A stretch of 64,000 bases of DNA, from contig CAVVDC010000011.1 in the NCBI GenBank assembly GCA_963746855.1, positions 11,047 through 75,046 of the forward strand, read 5' to 3'. Numbering within the stretch: position 1 is the stretch's first letter; the number at the start of each line of letters is the position of its first letter. Below are positions 1-8,666 of the stretch, piece after piece. The DNA is from an uncultured Chloroflexia bacterium (GTDB lineage: Bacteria > Chloroflexota > Limnocylindria > Limnocylindrales > CSP1-4). Under the pieces are notes generated by a model. It did not search any database. It saw only the letters and a list, made by a program, of their open reading frames with translations, and was not told where the DNA came from. A program made the position numbers and the translations under genes.

Positions 1-1584
1 TCGTCGCGCCCACCCGAAGTAGTAGACGAGCAGGAAGATCACGACCGCGACCATGAAGGGGAAGCTGATGTTGCCCGATGTGGGGAAGCTGAACAGGATC
101 ATCAGGACGACCACCCAGAAGAGGGCGATCCAGGCGATCGGCTTCGACCACCGTCCCAGGCTCCAGACGCGTTCACCGAGCCAGTCCTGGGTCGTGGCGC
201 CCAGGTAGATCACGACGCCGTAAGCGGCGTACAGGAAGATCGTGCTGATCGCGGTGACGATGATGACCGCGACCCCGCGACCGACGATGAATGCGGCCAC
301 CGAGAACAGCCACGCGATCACGACGATCACCGTCAAGGCGTTGGCCGGCGTCCGGTAGCGGTGCGAGACCTTCTTGAGGAAACCCGATCCCGGGACCCCG
401 TCATCGCGACTGAAGGCATAGAGCATCCGACCGGCCGACGCGATCGACGAGAGGCCGCAGAACCACATCGCGATGGCGATGCCAGCCGCGAGCAGGCCGC
501 CCACCGTGGAACCGAGGTTGAAGATCAGGATATCGATGACCGCCGCACCGTCACCGAAGAAGTACTGGCTGTACTTCGCCGGATCGGCGCCCTCCAACGT
601 TGCCGGGAAGAGCGTCGAGAGATTCGGCAGGTGCGTCGACAGGGCGAACAGGAAGATGAACCCGACGATCGCTGAAACAGCGACGGACAGGAAGAGGCCC
701 CAGGCGCTCGCGATCCGCGCGCCGACCGTCTCCTCCGCCACATGGGCCGATGCGTCGTAGCCCGTGTACGTCCAGTTCGCCTGGAGGAGCGAGAAGAAGA
801 AGGCGAGGACCAGCGGGTAGGTGATGGCCGGCCCGTACTTGAGGTTGACCACGCCGAGGTCGTTGTTCCAGCCCCCGGCGACGTCCTGTGGCTGGATCGC
901 GAAGAGGCTCAACCCGGACTCATCGGCCTTGCCGGCGGCGAACACGAGCACGACGACCGCGGCGACGATGACGATGTGCCACCACACGCTGACCTGGTTG
1001 AGGAGCGCCACCACGTTGATCCCGGCGATGTTCAACGCCAGCTGGATGGCCATCAGGATGCCCATCGTCAGGAGCGCGCCCGTCAGCAGCGGCTGGTCCG
1101 ACGATCCGAGCAGGATCGTCGTGTTGCCGTAGTCGATCCCGGCGTTGGACAGGAGGGGTGTGATGAGCGTCGCATTTAGGAATAGCGCGGCCGCATAGTT
1201 GATGCCCGCGACGATGGCGAACTGGCCGATCAGGTTCAGCCAGGCGGTCCACCAGCCCCAGTTCTTGTTCTTCATGCGGCTGGCCCAGTAGTACAGGCCG
1301 CCCGCCGTCGGGTACGCCGAGGCGATCTCGGCCATGGAGGCGGCGATCAACAGCACGAAGACCGTGATCAGCGGCCAGCCGATCATCACCGCCGCGGTGC
1401 CGGCCCAGGCCAGGCCGTAGTCGTAGAGGATGACCGCGCCGGTCAGGATGCTGATGATCGAGAAGCTGATCGCGAAGTTGCTGAACCCGCCCATCGAGCG
1501 GAACAGCTCCTGTGCGTAGCCCAGCTTGTGGAGGTCGGCGACGTCCTGCTTGATGACGTCTTCTCGCGAACGTGGTTGGGTCAT
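1..1584 (-). CDS. APC-family amino acid permease (3' end runs off the window start)
   Basis: Absent from the ORF track because it is open at the window edge. My minus-strand translation from ATG (complement of 1582-1584) reads MTQPRSREDVIKQDVADLHKLGYAQELFRSMGGFSNFAISFSIISILTGAV...SAYPTAGGLYYWASRMKNKNWGWW... It has about 12 hydrophobic segments and the frame stays open to position 1. A GAGGGAG RBS lies 7 nt upstream. Confidence 0.85.
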   Translation of the reverse strand, partial: MTQPRSREDVIKQDVADLHKLGYAQELFRSMGGFSNFAISFSIISILTGAVILYDYGLAWAGTAAVMIGWPLITVFVLLIAASMAEIASAYPTAGGLYYWASRMKNKNWGWWTAWLNLIGQFAIVAGINYAAALFLNATLITPLLSNAGIDYGNTTILLGSSDQPLLTGALLTMGILMAIQLALNIAGINVVALLNQVSVWWHIVIVAAVVVLVFAAGKADESGLSLFAIQPQDVAGGWNNDLGVVNLKYGPAITYPLVLAFFFSLLQANWTYTGYDASAHVAEETVGARIASAWGLFLSVAVSAIVGFIFLFALSTHLPNLSTLFPATLEGADPAKYSQYFFGDGAAVIDILIFNLGSTVGGLLAAGIAIAMWFCGLSSIASAGRMLYAFSRDDGVPGSGFLKKVSHRYRTPANALTVIVVIAWLFSVAAFIVGRGVAVIIVTAISTIFLYAAYGVVIYLGATTQDWLGERVWSLGRWSKPIAWIALFWVVVLMILFSFPTSGNISFPFMVAVVIFLLVYYFGWARR

Positions 1585-1902
1585 CGGTACTCCCTCACTC
1601 GATGACGGCTCGCCGCCGGGCGAACCGGTGGCCGACCTCCCCTCCAGGGTCGGGCTCGAAGCGGCGGCAGCGGCCGGGTGGGGGCGCCGCACGCTCATGC
1701 GAGGATTCGAAGATGACGCGGGGATCCGATGCGGCCATGGGCGGCCGCTTGGCCCCGTGCTGCCGGGCGCCGGGTCGGTCCGCTGGCCCTCCTTCCCTGG
1801 GCGTGGGGCCCGGGGTTCGCGACGCATCGGGATCGGCAGCGTCACGGCCTCACGCGTGCCGGGACTATACGGCTCGCCGGAGGGCACTGGAAGCCCCCGG
1901 TC

Positions 1903-2685
1903 TCAGTAGAGCATCGTCGTCCCGGTGGGGAAGGTGAATTCGAATGCCGACGGCGGGAGCGCCGCGTCCGGATCGAGGACGAGGACCTCCGCGTCGCGGC
2001 CCACCGACCCGCCGATCGTCTCGACGAGCCGCAGGATGACGCCCGTCTCGCGGTCGACCGTCAGGTCGAGCCGGAAATCCGGCCGGTCGGCAGCGAGCTC
2101 GATCGAGCGCGGGTGCTCGCAGGTGAGCGTGATGGCCTCGCGTCCGATCATCACGGCGGTGCCGGTGACCGTGCAGCGACCGGTCGCGAGGACGTTCTGG
2201 CAGAGGCCCCCCGGGTGCACGAACGTGTCCGGGAGCGTCTCCATGGGGAGGGCGGTCACGGGTTCGTAGACCTGGGAGTAGCCGGGCATGTCGCGATCGT
2301 CGAGGCCGCGCGGGCGGTTGCGCACCGGGCGCTGGGTCCCGAGCTTGTGGGCGCCCGAGTACGTCCGGACGATGTCGCCGTCGGAGATCCAGATCTCGTA
2401 GTCGCCGCCGACCTCCTGGCCGGCGCGGCTCGTCGTCACCTTGGCGTCAGCGGGGTGTCGGAGGCTGACGTCCAGGTGCACCACGTCCTCACCGCGCGTG
2501 GTCCGCGACCGATCGGCGATGCGCATCCGCAACGTGGCGAAGCGGAGCTCGGCGTCGCGCATGAACGAGAACAGCGTCTCGACGTCCGGCAGCCCGATCG
2601 GCAGGGCCGCGAGCTCGGGCAGGCGCCGGCCGTCGGCCGGGACGGGCAAGGCGGCGGCGCGGTCCCAGAGGTGGCTGGAGGTCAT
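1903..2685 (-). CDS. hypothetical protein, LolA/RseB-like C-terminus
   Basis: ORF track gives 1903..2742. I prefer the internal ATG (complement 2683-2685, MTSSHLWD...) because the 19 upstream codons fall in the AT-rich promoter/operator patch. The tail ...ALPPSAFEFTFPTGTTMLY resembles LolA-like proteins. No signal peptide seen. Confidence 0.55.
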   Translation of the reverse strand: MTSSHLWDRAAALPVPADGRRLPELAALPIGLPDVETLFSFMRDAELRFATLRMRIADRSRTTRGEDVVHLDVSLRHPADAKVTTSRAGQEVGGDYEIWISDGDIVRTYSGAHKLGTQRPVRNRPRGLDDRDMPGYSQVYEPVTALPMETLPDTFVHPGGLCQNVLATGRCTVTGTAVMIGREAITLTCEHPRSIELAADRPDFRLDLTVDRETGVILRLVETIGGSVGRDAEVLVLDPDAALPPSAFEFTFPTGTTMLY

Positions 2686-2704
2686 CGGCTCGATCGTAGC
2701 AGTC

Positions 2705-2749
2705 TTGACATCGCGGGTCGCAAGGCGTATATATCGCATCACGATATAT
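2705..2749 (+). promoter_or_regulatory. sigma70-like promoter with overlapping palindromic operator upstream of padR
   Basis: TTGACA (2705-2710), 17-nt spacer, TATATA (2728-2733). A perfect inverted repeat ATATATCG-N5-CGATATAT (2729-2749) overlaps the -10 box. This is the most AT-rich patch in the region. Confidence 0.5.
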
Positions 2750-2779
2750 CACGGCACGTCATAACGGAGCGACCACGCG

Positions 2780-3103
2780 ATGAGCGACCAGATCCCCGAC
2801 CTCGGCCGGTTCGCCGAGCCCTCCCTGTACATCCTCATGTCGCTCAGCGGCGGCCCGAAGCATGGCTACGCGATCATGACCGATGTCGAGGAGATCTCCG
2901 GTTCGCCGCTGGGCCCGGGGACCCTGTATGGGGCCCTCACCCGGCTGGAACGGCGGGGCCTGATCGAGGCGCTCGAGCCGGACGAGCGTCGGCGACCATA
3001 CCGGCTCACGACGCTCGGCGCGACGACGCTGCGGGCCCAGCTGGAGCACATGCAGGGCTTCACCCGCACCGCGCTCGAGCGGCTCCGGCAGGCCGGCTCG
3101 TGA
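2780..3103 (+). CDS. PadR family transcriptional regulator
   Basis: 107 aa. ...SLYILMSLSGGPKHGYAIMTDVEE...GTLYGALTRLERRGLIE is a winged-helix PadR signature. GGAG RBS about 10 nt upstream. Confidence 0.9.
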   Translation: MSDQIPDLGRFAEPSLYILMSLSGGPKHGYAIMTDVEEISGSPLGPGTLYGALTRLERRGLIEALEPDERRRPYRLTTLGATTLRAQLEHMQGFTRTALERLRQAGS

Positions 3104-3141
3104 CGGCGCCGAACGACCGCTTCTGAGCCGACGGTGACCGC

Positions 3142-3807
3142 GTGTCCCGCTACCCGCGCCCGATCGTCGAAGCGTTGCCCGGCCCGGCGCTGCGCGCTCG
3201 TCGCGTCCAGGCCGGCACCGGGCTGTCCCGTCGGCAGCTGCTCCGCCGCGGCGTCGCCGCCGGGGTGACGGTCTGGCTCGCCGAGCTCGTCGGTGGGACG
3301 TTGGCCTTCGCCTGGACGGCGATCGGATCGGTGGCCCCGAGGGTTCGGGTCGGGACCCTCGCCGAGCTGCTCGCGGCCAACCCTGACCTCCCGATCCGTG
3401 ACGGGTTCCCGGCCTACGTCCAGGCGGCCCGCGCGTTCGTGATCATGATCGACCCGGGTCGCGGCAGCTGGGAGCCGGGGGTCGATCCGACCGGCGACGG
3501 TTCGGCACTCAACGTGCGGGTCCTGTCGCAGCGCTGCCCACACTTGGGCTGTCGGCCGAACCCGTGCATCCAGGACTACTGGTTCCGCTGCCCGTGCCAC
3601 CAGTCGCGCTACGACCGCCTGGGCATCAAGGCCGCCGGCGAGCGATTCGGTCCCGCCTCACGGGGGATGGACCGGTATGCGATCGAGGTGGACGGCAATG
3701 GCGTGCTGACCGTCGATACGACCCACATCACGTTAGGGCCCCTGCCCGTCGCGCTCGGCGAGCCGGGCATCATCCCGCCGCGCGTCGAGAACGGCTGCGT
3801 GAAGTGA
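3142..3807 (+). CDS. Rieske [2Fe-2S] protein with twin-arginine signal/anchor
   Basis: GTG start. It has the TAT motif SRRQLLRRG followed by a hydrophobic anchor. Rieske boxes CPHLGC and CPCHQS are present. Confidence 0.85.
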   Translation: MSRYPRPIVEALPGPALRARRVQAGTGLSRRQLLRRGVAAGVTVWLAELVGGTLAFAWTAIGSVAPRVRVGTLAELLAANPDLPIRDGFPAYVQAARAFVIMIDPGRGSWEPGVDPTGDGSALNVRVLSQRCPHLGCRPNPCIQDYWFRCPCHQSRYDRLGIKAAGERFGPASRGMDRYAIEVDGNGVLTVDTTHITLGPLPVALGEPGIIPPRVENGCVK

Positions 3808-4475
3808 CGCTCCTGCGCCTCTACCCCGGCCGTTGGCGCGCACGCTACGGCGAGGAGATGGCGGACCTCCTCGAGGCGCGGTCGATCACCGGACGCGATC
3901 GCCTCGACCTGGTCCGCGGGGCCATCGACGCGTGGATCCATCCGCCGACGCCGTCTCGCATCCCGGCCATCACCGCACTCATCGGTGGCGGCCTCTGGAC
4001 GCTCGTTGCCGCCGGGGTCCTCTTCCAGCCCGCGCCGCCCGACTGGCCGGGCTACCTGCACGAGGTCGTCCCGATCGCCCTCGTGGCCGTCGCGTTCCTC
4101 TGGGTGGCGGTCCTGGGCTGCGGCCTGCGCTCCGGCGATCGCGGTGGCGGGATCTTCGGCGTCACCGCGATCATCACCACGCTCGGCTATGGATCGTGGA
4201 TCGCGATGCTGGCGCTGACCGCGTCCGGCTGGGCGGATGGGCCGGGGCTCGCCGCCGCCCAGACCGTGGCGATGGTCGGCACGACCCTGATCGGCGCGAC
4301 ACTGGTCCGCGATGGGGACACGGCGGTCGGTGGCCTGATCACGGCCGGTGGCCTGGCGATGCTGATCCCGTGGTCGGCCGGATGGCTCGTCTTCGGGACG
4401 TCGTGGACGGCCGTCGGGCTCGTGTTGTGGGTCGAACTGGCGGCCCGATCGGAGCCGACCGGGTTCGCTTCCTGA
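3804..4475 (+). CDS. membrane protein (PadR-associated type)
   Basis: GTG 3804 overlaps the Rieske stop (GTGA) and lies in the frame of ORF 3564..4475. The N-terminus LLRLYPGRWRARYGEEMADLLE is followed by 4-5 hydrophobic segments. Confidence 0.7.
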   Translation: MTLLRLYPGRWRARYGEEMADLLEARSITGRDRLDLVRGAIDAWIHPPTPSRIPAITALIGGGLWTLVAAGVLFQPAPPDWPGYLHEVVPIALVAVAFLWVAVLGCGLRSGDRGGGIFGVTAIITTLGYGSWIAMLALTASGWADGPGLAAAQTVAMVGTTLIGATLVRDGDTAVGGLITAGGLAMLIPWSAGWLVFGTSWTAVGLVLWVELAARSEPTGFAS

Positions 4476-4490
4476 AGAGCGGCCCGAGCG

Positions 4491-5903
4491 TCAGCCGCCG
4501 CCGCCCCCGCTACCGAGGCCGGGCTCGGTCATCGCGGCCGGATCGAGCAACCGATCGAGCTCGGCGGGGTCCATGCCACGCTCCAGGGCCAGCTCGCGGA
4601 TCGTCCGCCCGCTCTTGAACGCCTCCTTGGCGAGCTTGGCCGCCTCGTCGTAGCCGAGCGCCGGCGCGAGCGCCGTGGCCAGCATCAGGCCCTGCTCGAC
4701 GAGCGCCGGCCCTCGATCCGTGGCGGTCAGCCCCTCGATCGCGCGCGTGCTGAAGTTCATCGCTGCGGCCGAGAGCAGGTCGATCGACTCGAGCAGGGCG
4801 ACCGCGCTGACGGGCAGCATCACGTTCAGCTCCAGGAACGAGCCCGTCTGTCCGAAGGCGATCGTGGCGTCATTCCCGATCACCCGGGCCACGACCATCG
4901 TGAGCGACTCGACGATGACCGGGTTCACCTTGCCGGGCATGATGCTCGAGCCGGGCTGGGTCTCCGGCAGGGCGATCTCGGCGAGACCGGCTCGAGGGCC
5001 CATGCCCATCAGTCGCACGTCGCTCGCGATCTTCCACAGGCTCAGCGCGATGGTCCGGATCGCGCCGTGGGCGGCGATCGCGGCGTCCAGCGTCGCCTGG
5101 GCGTGGAAGTGGTTGTCGGTCTCGCGGACGTCGAGGCCGGTCAGCGTCGAGAGGCGGGCGCAGGCCCGGAATGCGTACTCGGGATGGGCGTTGATGCCGG
5201 TGCCGACGGCCGTCCCGCCGAGCGGCACGGACAGGAGCTCGCCCTGGGCCGCCTTCGCCCGACGGAGCGAAGCCTCGACCTGTCCGGCATAGCCCCGGAA
5301 CTCCTGGCCGAGGCGGATCGGCGTCGCGTCCTGCAGGTGCGTTCGGCCGGTCTTGACCACCGGCCAGAGCTCCTGCTCCTTGGCGACGAGTGCGGTGTGG
5401 AGTCGCTCGAGGGCCGGGATCAAGGCCAATTCGATGGCCATGGCGGCCGACAGCTGGAGGGCGGTCGGGATGCAGTCGTTCGAGCTCTGACAGCGGTTGA
5501 CGTCGTCATTGGGGTGGACCTTGCGCCCACCGCCGAGTCGGGCCGCCGCGAGGTGGGCGACGACCTCGTTCATGTTCGTGTTCGTCGAGGTGCCCGAGCC
5601 CGTCTGGTAGATGTCGATGGGGAACTGGTCGTCGTGCCCGCCGTCCGCGACGTCCCGCGCCGCCGCGGCGATGGCGGCCGCGAGATCCGGGTCGAGCAGG
5701 CCGAGGGCGCCGTTCGTCTCGGCCGCGGCGAGCTTGATGAGCGCGAGGGCCTCGATGAACCGCCGAGGGAACCGCTGACCGGAGATCGGGAAGTTCAGGA
5801 CGGCTCGCTGGGTCGAGGCCCCGTACAGCGCGTCGACCGGCACCTCGACCTCACCCATCGAGTCGCGCTCGGTGCGGGTGTCGGCGGTGTTGGACGTGGT
5901 CAT
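4491..5903 (-). CDS. fumC: class II fumarate hydratase
   Basis: ORF track gives 4491..6488, but the first ~195 codons are Arg/Pro-rich shadow. The start is ATG (complement 5901-5903): MTTSNTADTRTERDSMGEVEVP... Motifs present: QTGSGTSTNTNMNEV, KVHPNDDVNRCQSSND and GSSIMPGKVNP (fumarase/aspartase signature). Aspartase is not fully excluded. Confidence 0.85.
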   Translation of the reverse strand: MTTSNTADTRTERDSMGEVEVPVDALYGASTQRAVLNFPISGQRFPRRFIEALALIKLAAAETNGALGLLDPDLAAAIAAAARDVADGGHDDQFPIDIYQTGSGTSTNTNMNEVVAHLAAARLGGGRKVHPNDDVNRCQSSNDCIPTALQLSAAMAIELALIPALERLHTALVAKEQELWPVVKTGRTHLQDATPIRLGQEFRGYAGQVEASLRRAKAAQGELLSVPLGGTAVGTGINAHPEYAFRACARLSTLTGLDVRETDNHFHAQATLDAAIAAHGAIRTIALSLWKIASDVRLMGMGPRAGLAEIALPETQPGSSIMPGKVNPVIVESLTMVVARVIGNDATIAFGQTGSFLELNVMLPVSAVALLESIDLLSAAAMNFSTRAIEGLTATDRGPALVEQGLMLATALAPALGYDEAAKLAKEAFKSGRTIRELALERGMDPAELDRLLDPAAMTEPGLGSGGGGG

Positions 5904-6808
5904 GGCACCGATCGTACATCGGGGTCGGGTCGGCGTTCGTACAGGCGACGGTAGTGGCGGCGGCGGAAGCCGACGGCCTGGTACAGGCCCTCGGAGGCGT
6001 CGTTGTCCGTGCTCGAGTAGACCTGCACGAGGGCGGCCCCGAGGTCGCGATACCGCCGCAGGCCGTGGGCCAGCAGCGCCCGGCCGAGGCCACGTCGACG
6101 ATGGTCGGGATGCGTGCCCACCGGCTCGTACTCCCCGAAACGAGCGATCGGATCCCACCAGGCCATCGCGAACGCGGCCAACGTCCGGTCCGGCGCTTCC
6201 ACGACGAGATCGTCGTCGAACCGGTAGTGGGGGAGCGTCATCAGCCGCTCGTACTTCTCGGTGGTCATGCGCGATGGGGCGAAGGCGGCCCGATGCGCCG
6301 ACATCCGCGTCTCCACCTCGTCCGGCCCGCGGACCGCCCGCAGGCGATAGCCCGACGGGAGGGGGCCATCGGCGATCGGCGAGCCGTCGTCGACGCGGCG
6401 CTGGAACTGCGAGAGCCGGCGTTCGGTGGGTCTGAAGCCAAGCCGTTCGAGCGTCCGAAGGGTCGGCACGTCCGATTCGGGCGCCCAACCGGTCAGCTCG
6501 CCGGGCGTCTCGGCGATAGCGGCCGACAGGAGCGCCTCGAGGAGCGGACCGTCGATGGCGGGATCACCGGTCCAGATCTCCCAGTGGACGTCGTGTTCGT
6601 GGACCCAGCTCCACGCCGCCAGCCGACCATCGACTTCCCAGAGGCGCAGGTGCGCCGAAAGCTCGGCCGGCGCCGACGACGCGAACCACCATTCGAGGTC
6701 GCCGGGATGCGATGCGGCGAACGGGGCGCCATCCTCCCAGGCCCGGCTCAGGATGGACCCGGCGAGGCGCAGGTCGGCCAGGTCCCGGGCAGGCCGTGAC
6801 GTGATCAC
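5900..6808 (-). CDS. GNAT family N-acetyltransferase (two-lobed, MshD-like architecture)
   Basis: C-terminal lobe ...FGEYEPVGTHPDHRRRGLGRALLAHGL... carries the acetyl-CoA-binding motif. The stop overlaps the fumC start (ATGA). The start is uncertain (GTG complement 6806-6808 chosen), and the same frame stays open to 7726. Confidence 0.7.
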   Translation of the reverse strand: MITSRPARDLADLRLAGSILSRAWEDGAPFAASHPGDLEWWFASSAPAELSAHLRLWEVDGRLAAWSWVHEHDVHWEIWTGDPAIDGPLLEALLSAAIAETPGELTGWAPESDVPTLRTLERLGFRPTERRLSQFQRRVDDGSPIADGPLPSGYRLRAVRGPDEVETRMSAHRAAFAPSRMTTEKYERLMTLPHYRFDDDLVVEAPDRTLAAFAMAWWDPIARFGEYEPVGTHPDHRRRGLGRALLAHGLRRYRDLGAALVQVYSSTDNDASEGLYQAVGFRRRHYRRLYERRPDPDVRSVP

Positions 6809-7452
6809 GCCGCCGAGGATACGCGGGCCAGGGAGCGTGGCCGTCCGGGCGGGCTCGGCACCAGGCACGGGCACGGCGATGCGTGGCCGGGCACCGGCGG
6901 TGTGGCGCGGACGACCTCGCTGCGGTTGGCTCGGAGGGACCGTGCACGACGCCGCGAGCCTGGCCCAGCGCGACTCTCGCCCGATCGGCGGCGCATCGAT
7001 GCCTCCGGTGCCAGAGGCCGATCGGGCGACCGGTCGGCCCGGCACCGCACGGCCCGACTCGCGACGACCAGCGGCGACGCAGGCGACCGACCGCGATGGC
7101 ACTCGGCCGGCCGGCGATGGCCGGAGCCGACGATGGACCCGCCGCGCCGTCGGATCGTGCCGGCGGGGCGGCGTGGCCCTCGGCGGTCTCGCCCGGTGCC
7201 CGACCGCCGCCAGCGTCGCGGCGATCTCGCGGCCGCGGTCGTGCGCCGGACGGTCTCGGACGGATCGCGCGTGGCGCCGACCGGCCCCGCCCACGGGCAG
7301 CGTCGCGGTCACCGAGTCGGTCTCGAGGTCGTTCACGCCAACGGGACGGCTGGGGCGGTCAGGTGTTGCACGATCCACGTCGGTCCGGAGGGTACCCTCA
7401 CCTCGCCACCGTCGGACGAGGGCCGTCGGGATCACCAGCCGGAGGTCGCCAG

Positions 7453-7830
7453 ATGACCACCCTTCTCGCCATGTACCGGCGCCCGGACGGCGGCCCGGAC
7501 GCGCTCGCCGAGTTCGAGCGCCGCTACGCGGGCGAGCACCTGCCGCTCGTCGCCGGGACCCCGGGCCTGCGCTCGACGCGCGTCGGCCGGGTGACCGAGG
7601 CGCTCGGCGGCGAGACCGATCTCGTCCTGATCGCCGCGATGCGGTTCGACGATCGGGCGAGCCTCGACGCAGGCCTCGCCTCGGACGCGATGCGGGCGGC
7701 GGGGCGCAATCTTCGCGAGATCGCACCCGGGCTCGCGACGTTCCTCGTGCTCGAGGATGCGCCGGAATTGGACGACTCCGCTTCCGTGCGTGTGGATACT
7801 GTCACCACCACCACGGAGGGAGCCGAGTGA
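7453..7830 (+). CDS. EthD family protein
   Basis: ATG 7453 with a GGAGG RBS at 7441-7445. MTTLLAMYRRPDGGPDALAEFERRYAGEHLPLV... matches the EthD/TIGR02118-like pattern from memory. Confidence 0.75.
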   Translation: MTTLLAMYRRPDGGPDALAEFERRYAGEHLPLVAGTPGLRSTRVGRVTEALGGETDLVLIAAMRFDDRASLDAGLASDAMRAAGRNLREIAPGLATFLVLEDAPELDDSASVRVDTVTTTTEGAE

Positions 7831-8666
7831 CCGATCCGGGCGCGACCCAGTCGACGGGGCAGCACGTCCGTGTGGCCGTTCCCGCGCCGGCTCCCGCGTC
7901 CGCCGCGCCCGCGACGACGCTCGCGGGCGTCGCCCTGGTCACGCTGGACCGGCCCGCTGCCCTCAACGCCCTGAGCTTCGATCTGCTCGACGAGCTGGCC
8001 GCAGCCTTCGAGACGCTCGATGCCGATCCGGGTTGCCGGGCGATCGTCCTGACCGGGTCGGGCAGCCGGGCCTTCGCGGCGGGCGCGGACATCAAGGAGC
8101 TCGCGACGCAGTCCTCGGCGTCCCTCCAGGCCGGCGGCCGGTTCGGCGCCTGGGACCGGATCTGGCGGATCCGGACGCCGGTCATCGCCGCGGTCCGCGG
8201 GTTCGCGCTGGGCGGTGGCTGCGAGCTCGCGATGGCCTGCGACATGATCGTCGCGGGCGACGACGCGACCTTCGGCCAGCCCGAGATCCTGATCGGGGTC
8301 ATGCCCGGTGCCGGTGGTACGCAACGACTGACCCGCGCGATCGGCCAGGCGCGCGCGATGGAGCTGATCCTGACCGGCCGACCGATCCGGGCGGCCGAGG
8401 CGGAGGCGGTCGGGCTGGTGACGCGGGTCGTGCCGGCGGAGGCGACCCTGGACGCCGCCCTCGAGCTGGCCGCTCAGGTGGCGAGCATGCCCCCGCTGGC
8501 CGTCCTCGCGGCGAAGGCCGCGATCCGGGCCGCCGCGGAACGGCCGTTGGCTGACGGGTTGGCCGCGGAACGCGCGTCGTTCTTCGGCCTCTTCGACACG
8601 GACGACCAGGCCGAAGGCATGGCCGCATTCATCGACAAGCGCACACCGGCCTGGACCGGTCGTTGA
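7827..8666 (+). CDS. enoyl-CoA hydratase (crotonase family, PaaF-like)
   Basis: GTG 7827 overlaps the EthD stop (GTGA). ...LDRPAALNALSFDL...VLTGSGSRAFAAGADIKE...GFALGGGCELAMACD... is the crotonase fold signature. Confidence 0.9.
   Translation: MTDPGATQSTGQHVRVAVPAPAPASAAPATTLAGVALVTLDRPAALNALSFDLLDELAAAFETLDADPGCRAIVLTGSGSRAFAAGADIKELATQSSASLQAGGRFGAWDRIWRIRTPVIAAVRGFALGGGCELAMACDMIVAGDDATFGQPEILIGVMPGAGGTQRLTRAIGQARAMELILTGRPIRAAEAEAVGLVTRVVPAEATLDAALELAAQVASMPPLAVLAAKAAIRAAAERPLADGLAAERASFFGLFDTDDQAEGMAAFIDKRTPAWTGR

Noticed and set aside
1585-1902. Riboswitch in the 318-bp region upstream of the amino acid permease
   Set aside because: A TATAGT -10-like box near 1868 would give a leader of about 280 nt. 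I could not match glycine, lysine, c-di-AMP or SAM-IV consensus elements by eye. An Infernal/Rfam scan would be needed.
5904-6488. 195-codon N-terminal extension of the fumC ORF
   Set aside because: The extension is Arg/Pro/Gly-rich nonsense that overlaps the GNAT gene in another frame. The conserved fumarase N-terminus begins at the ATG at 5903, which overlaps the GNAT stop.
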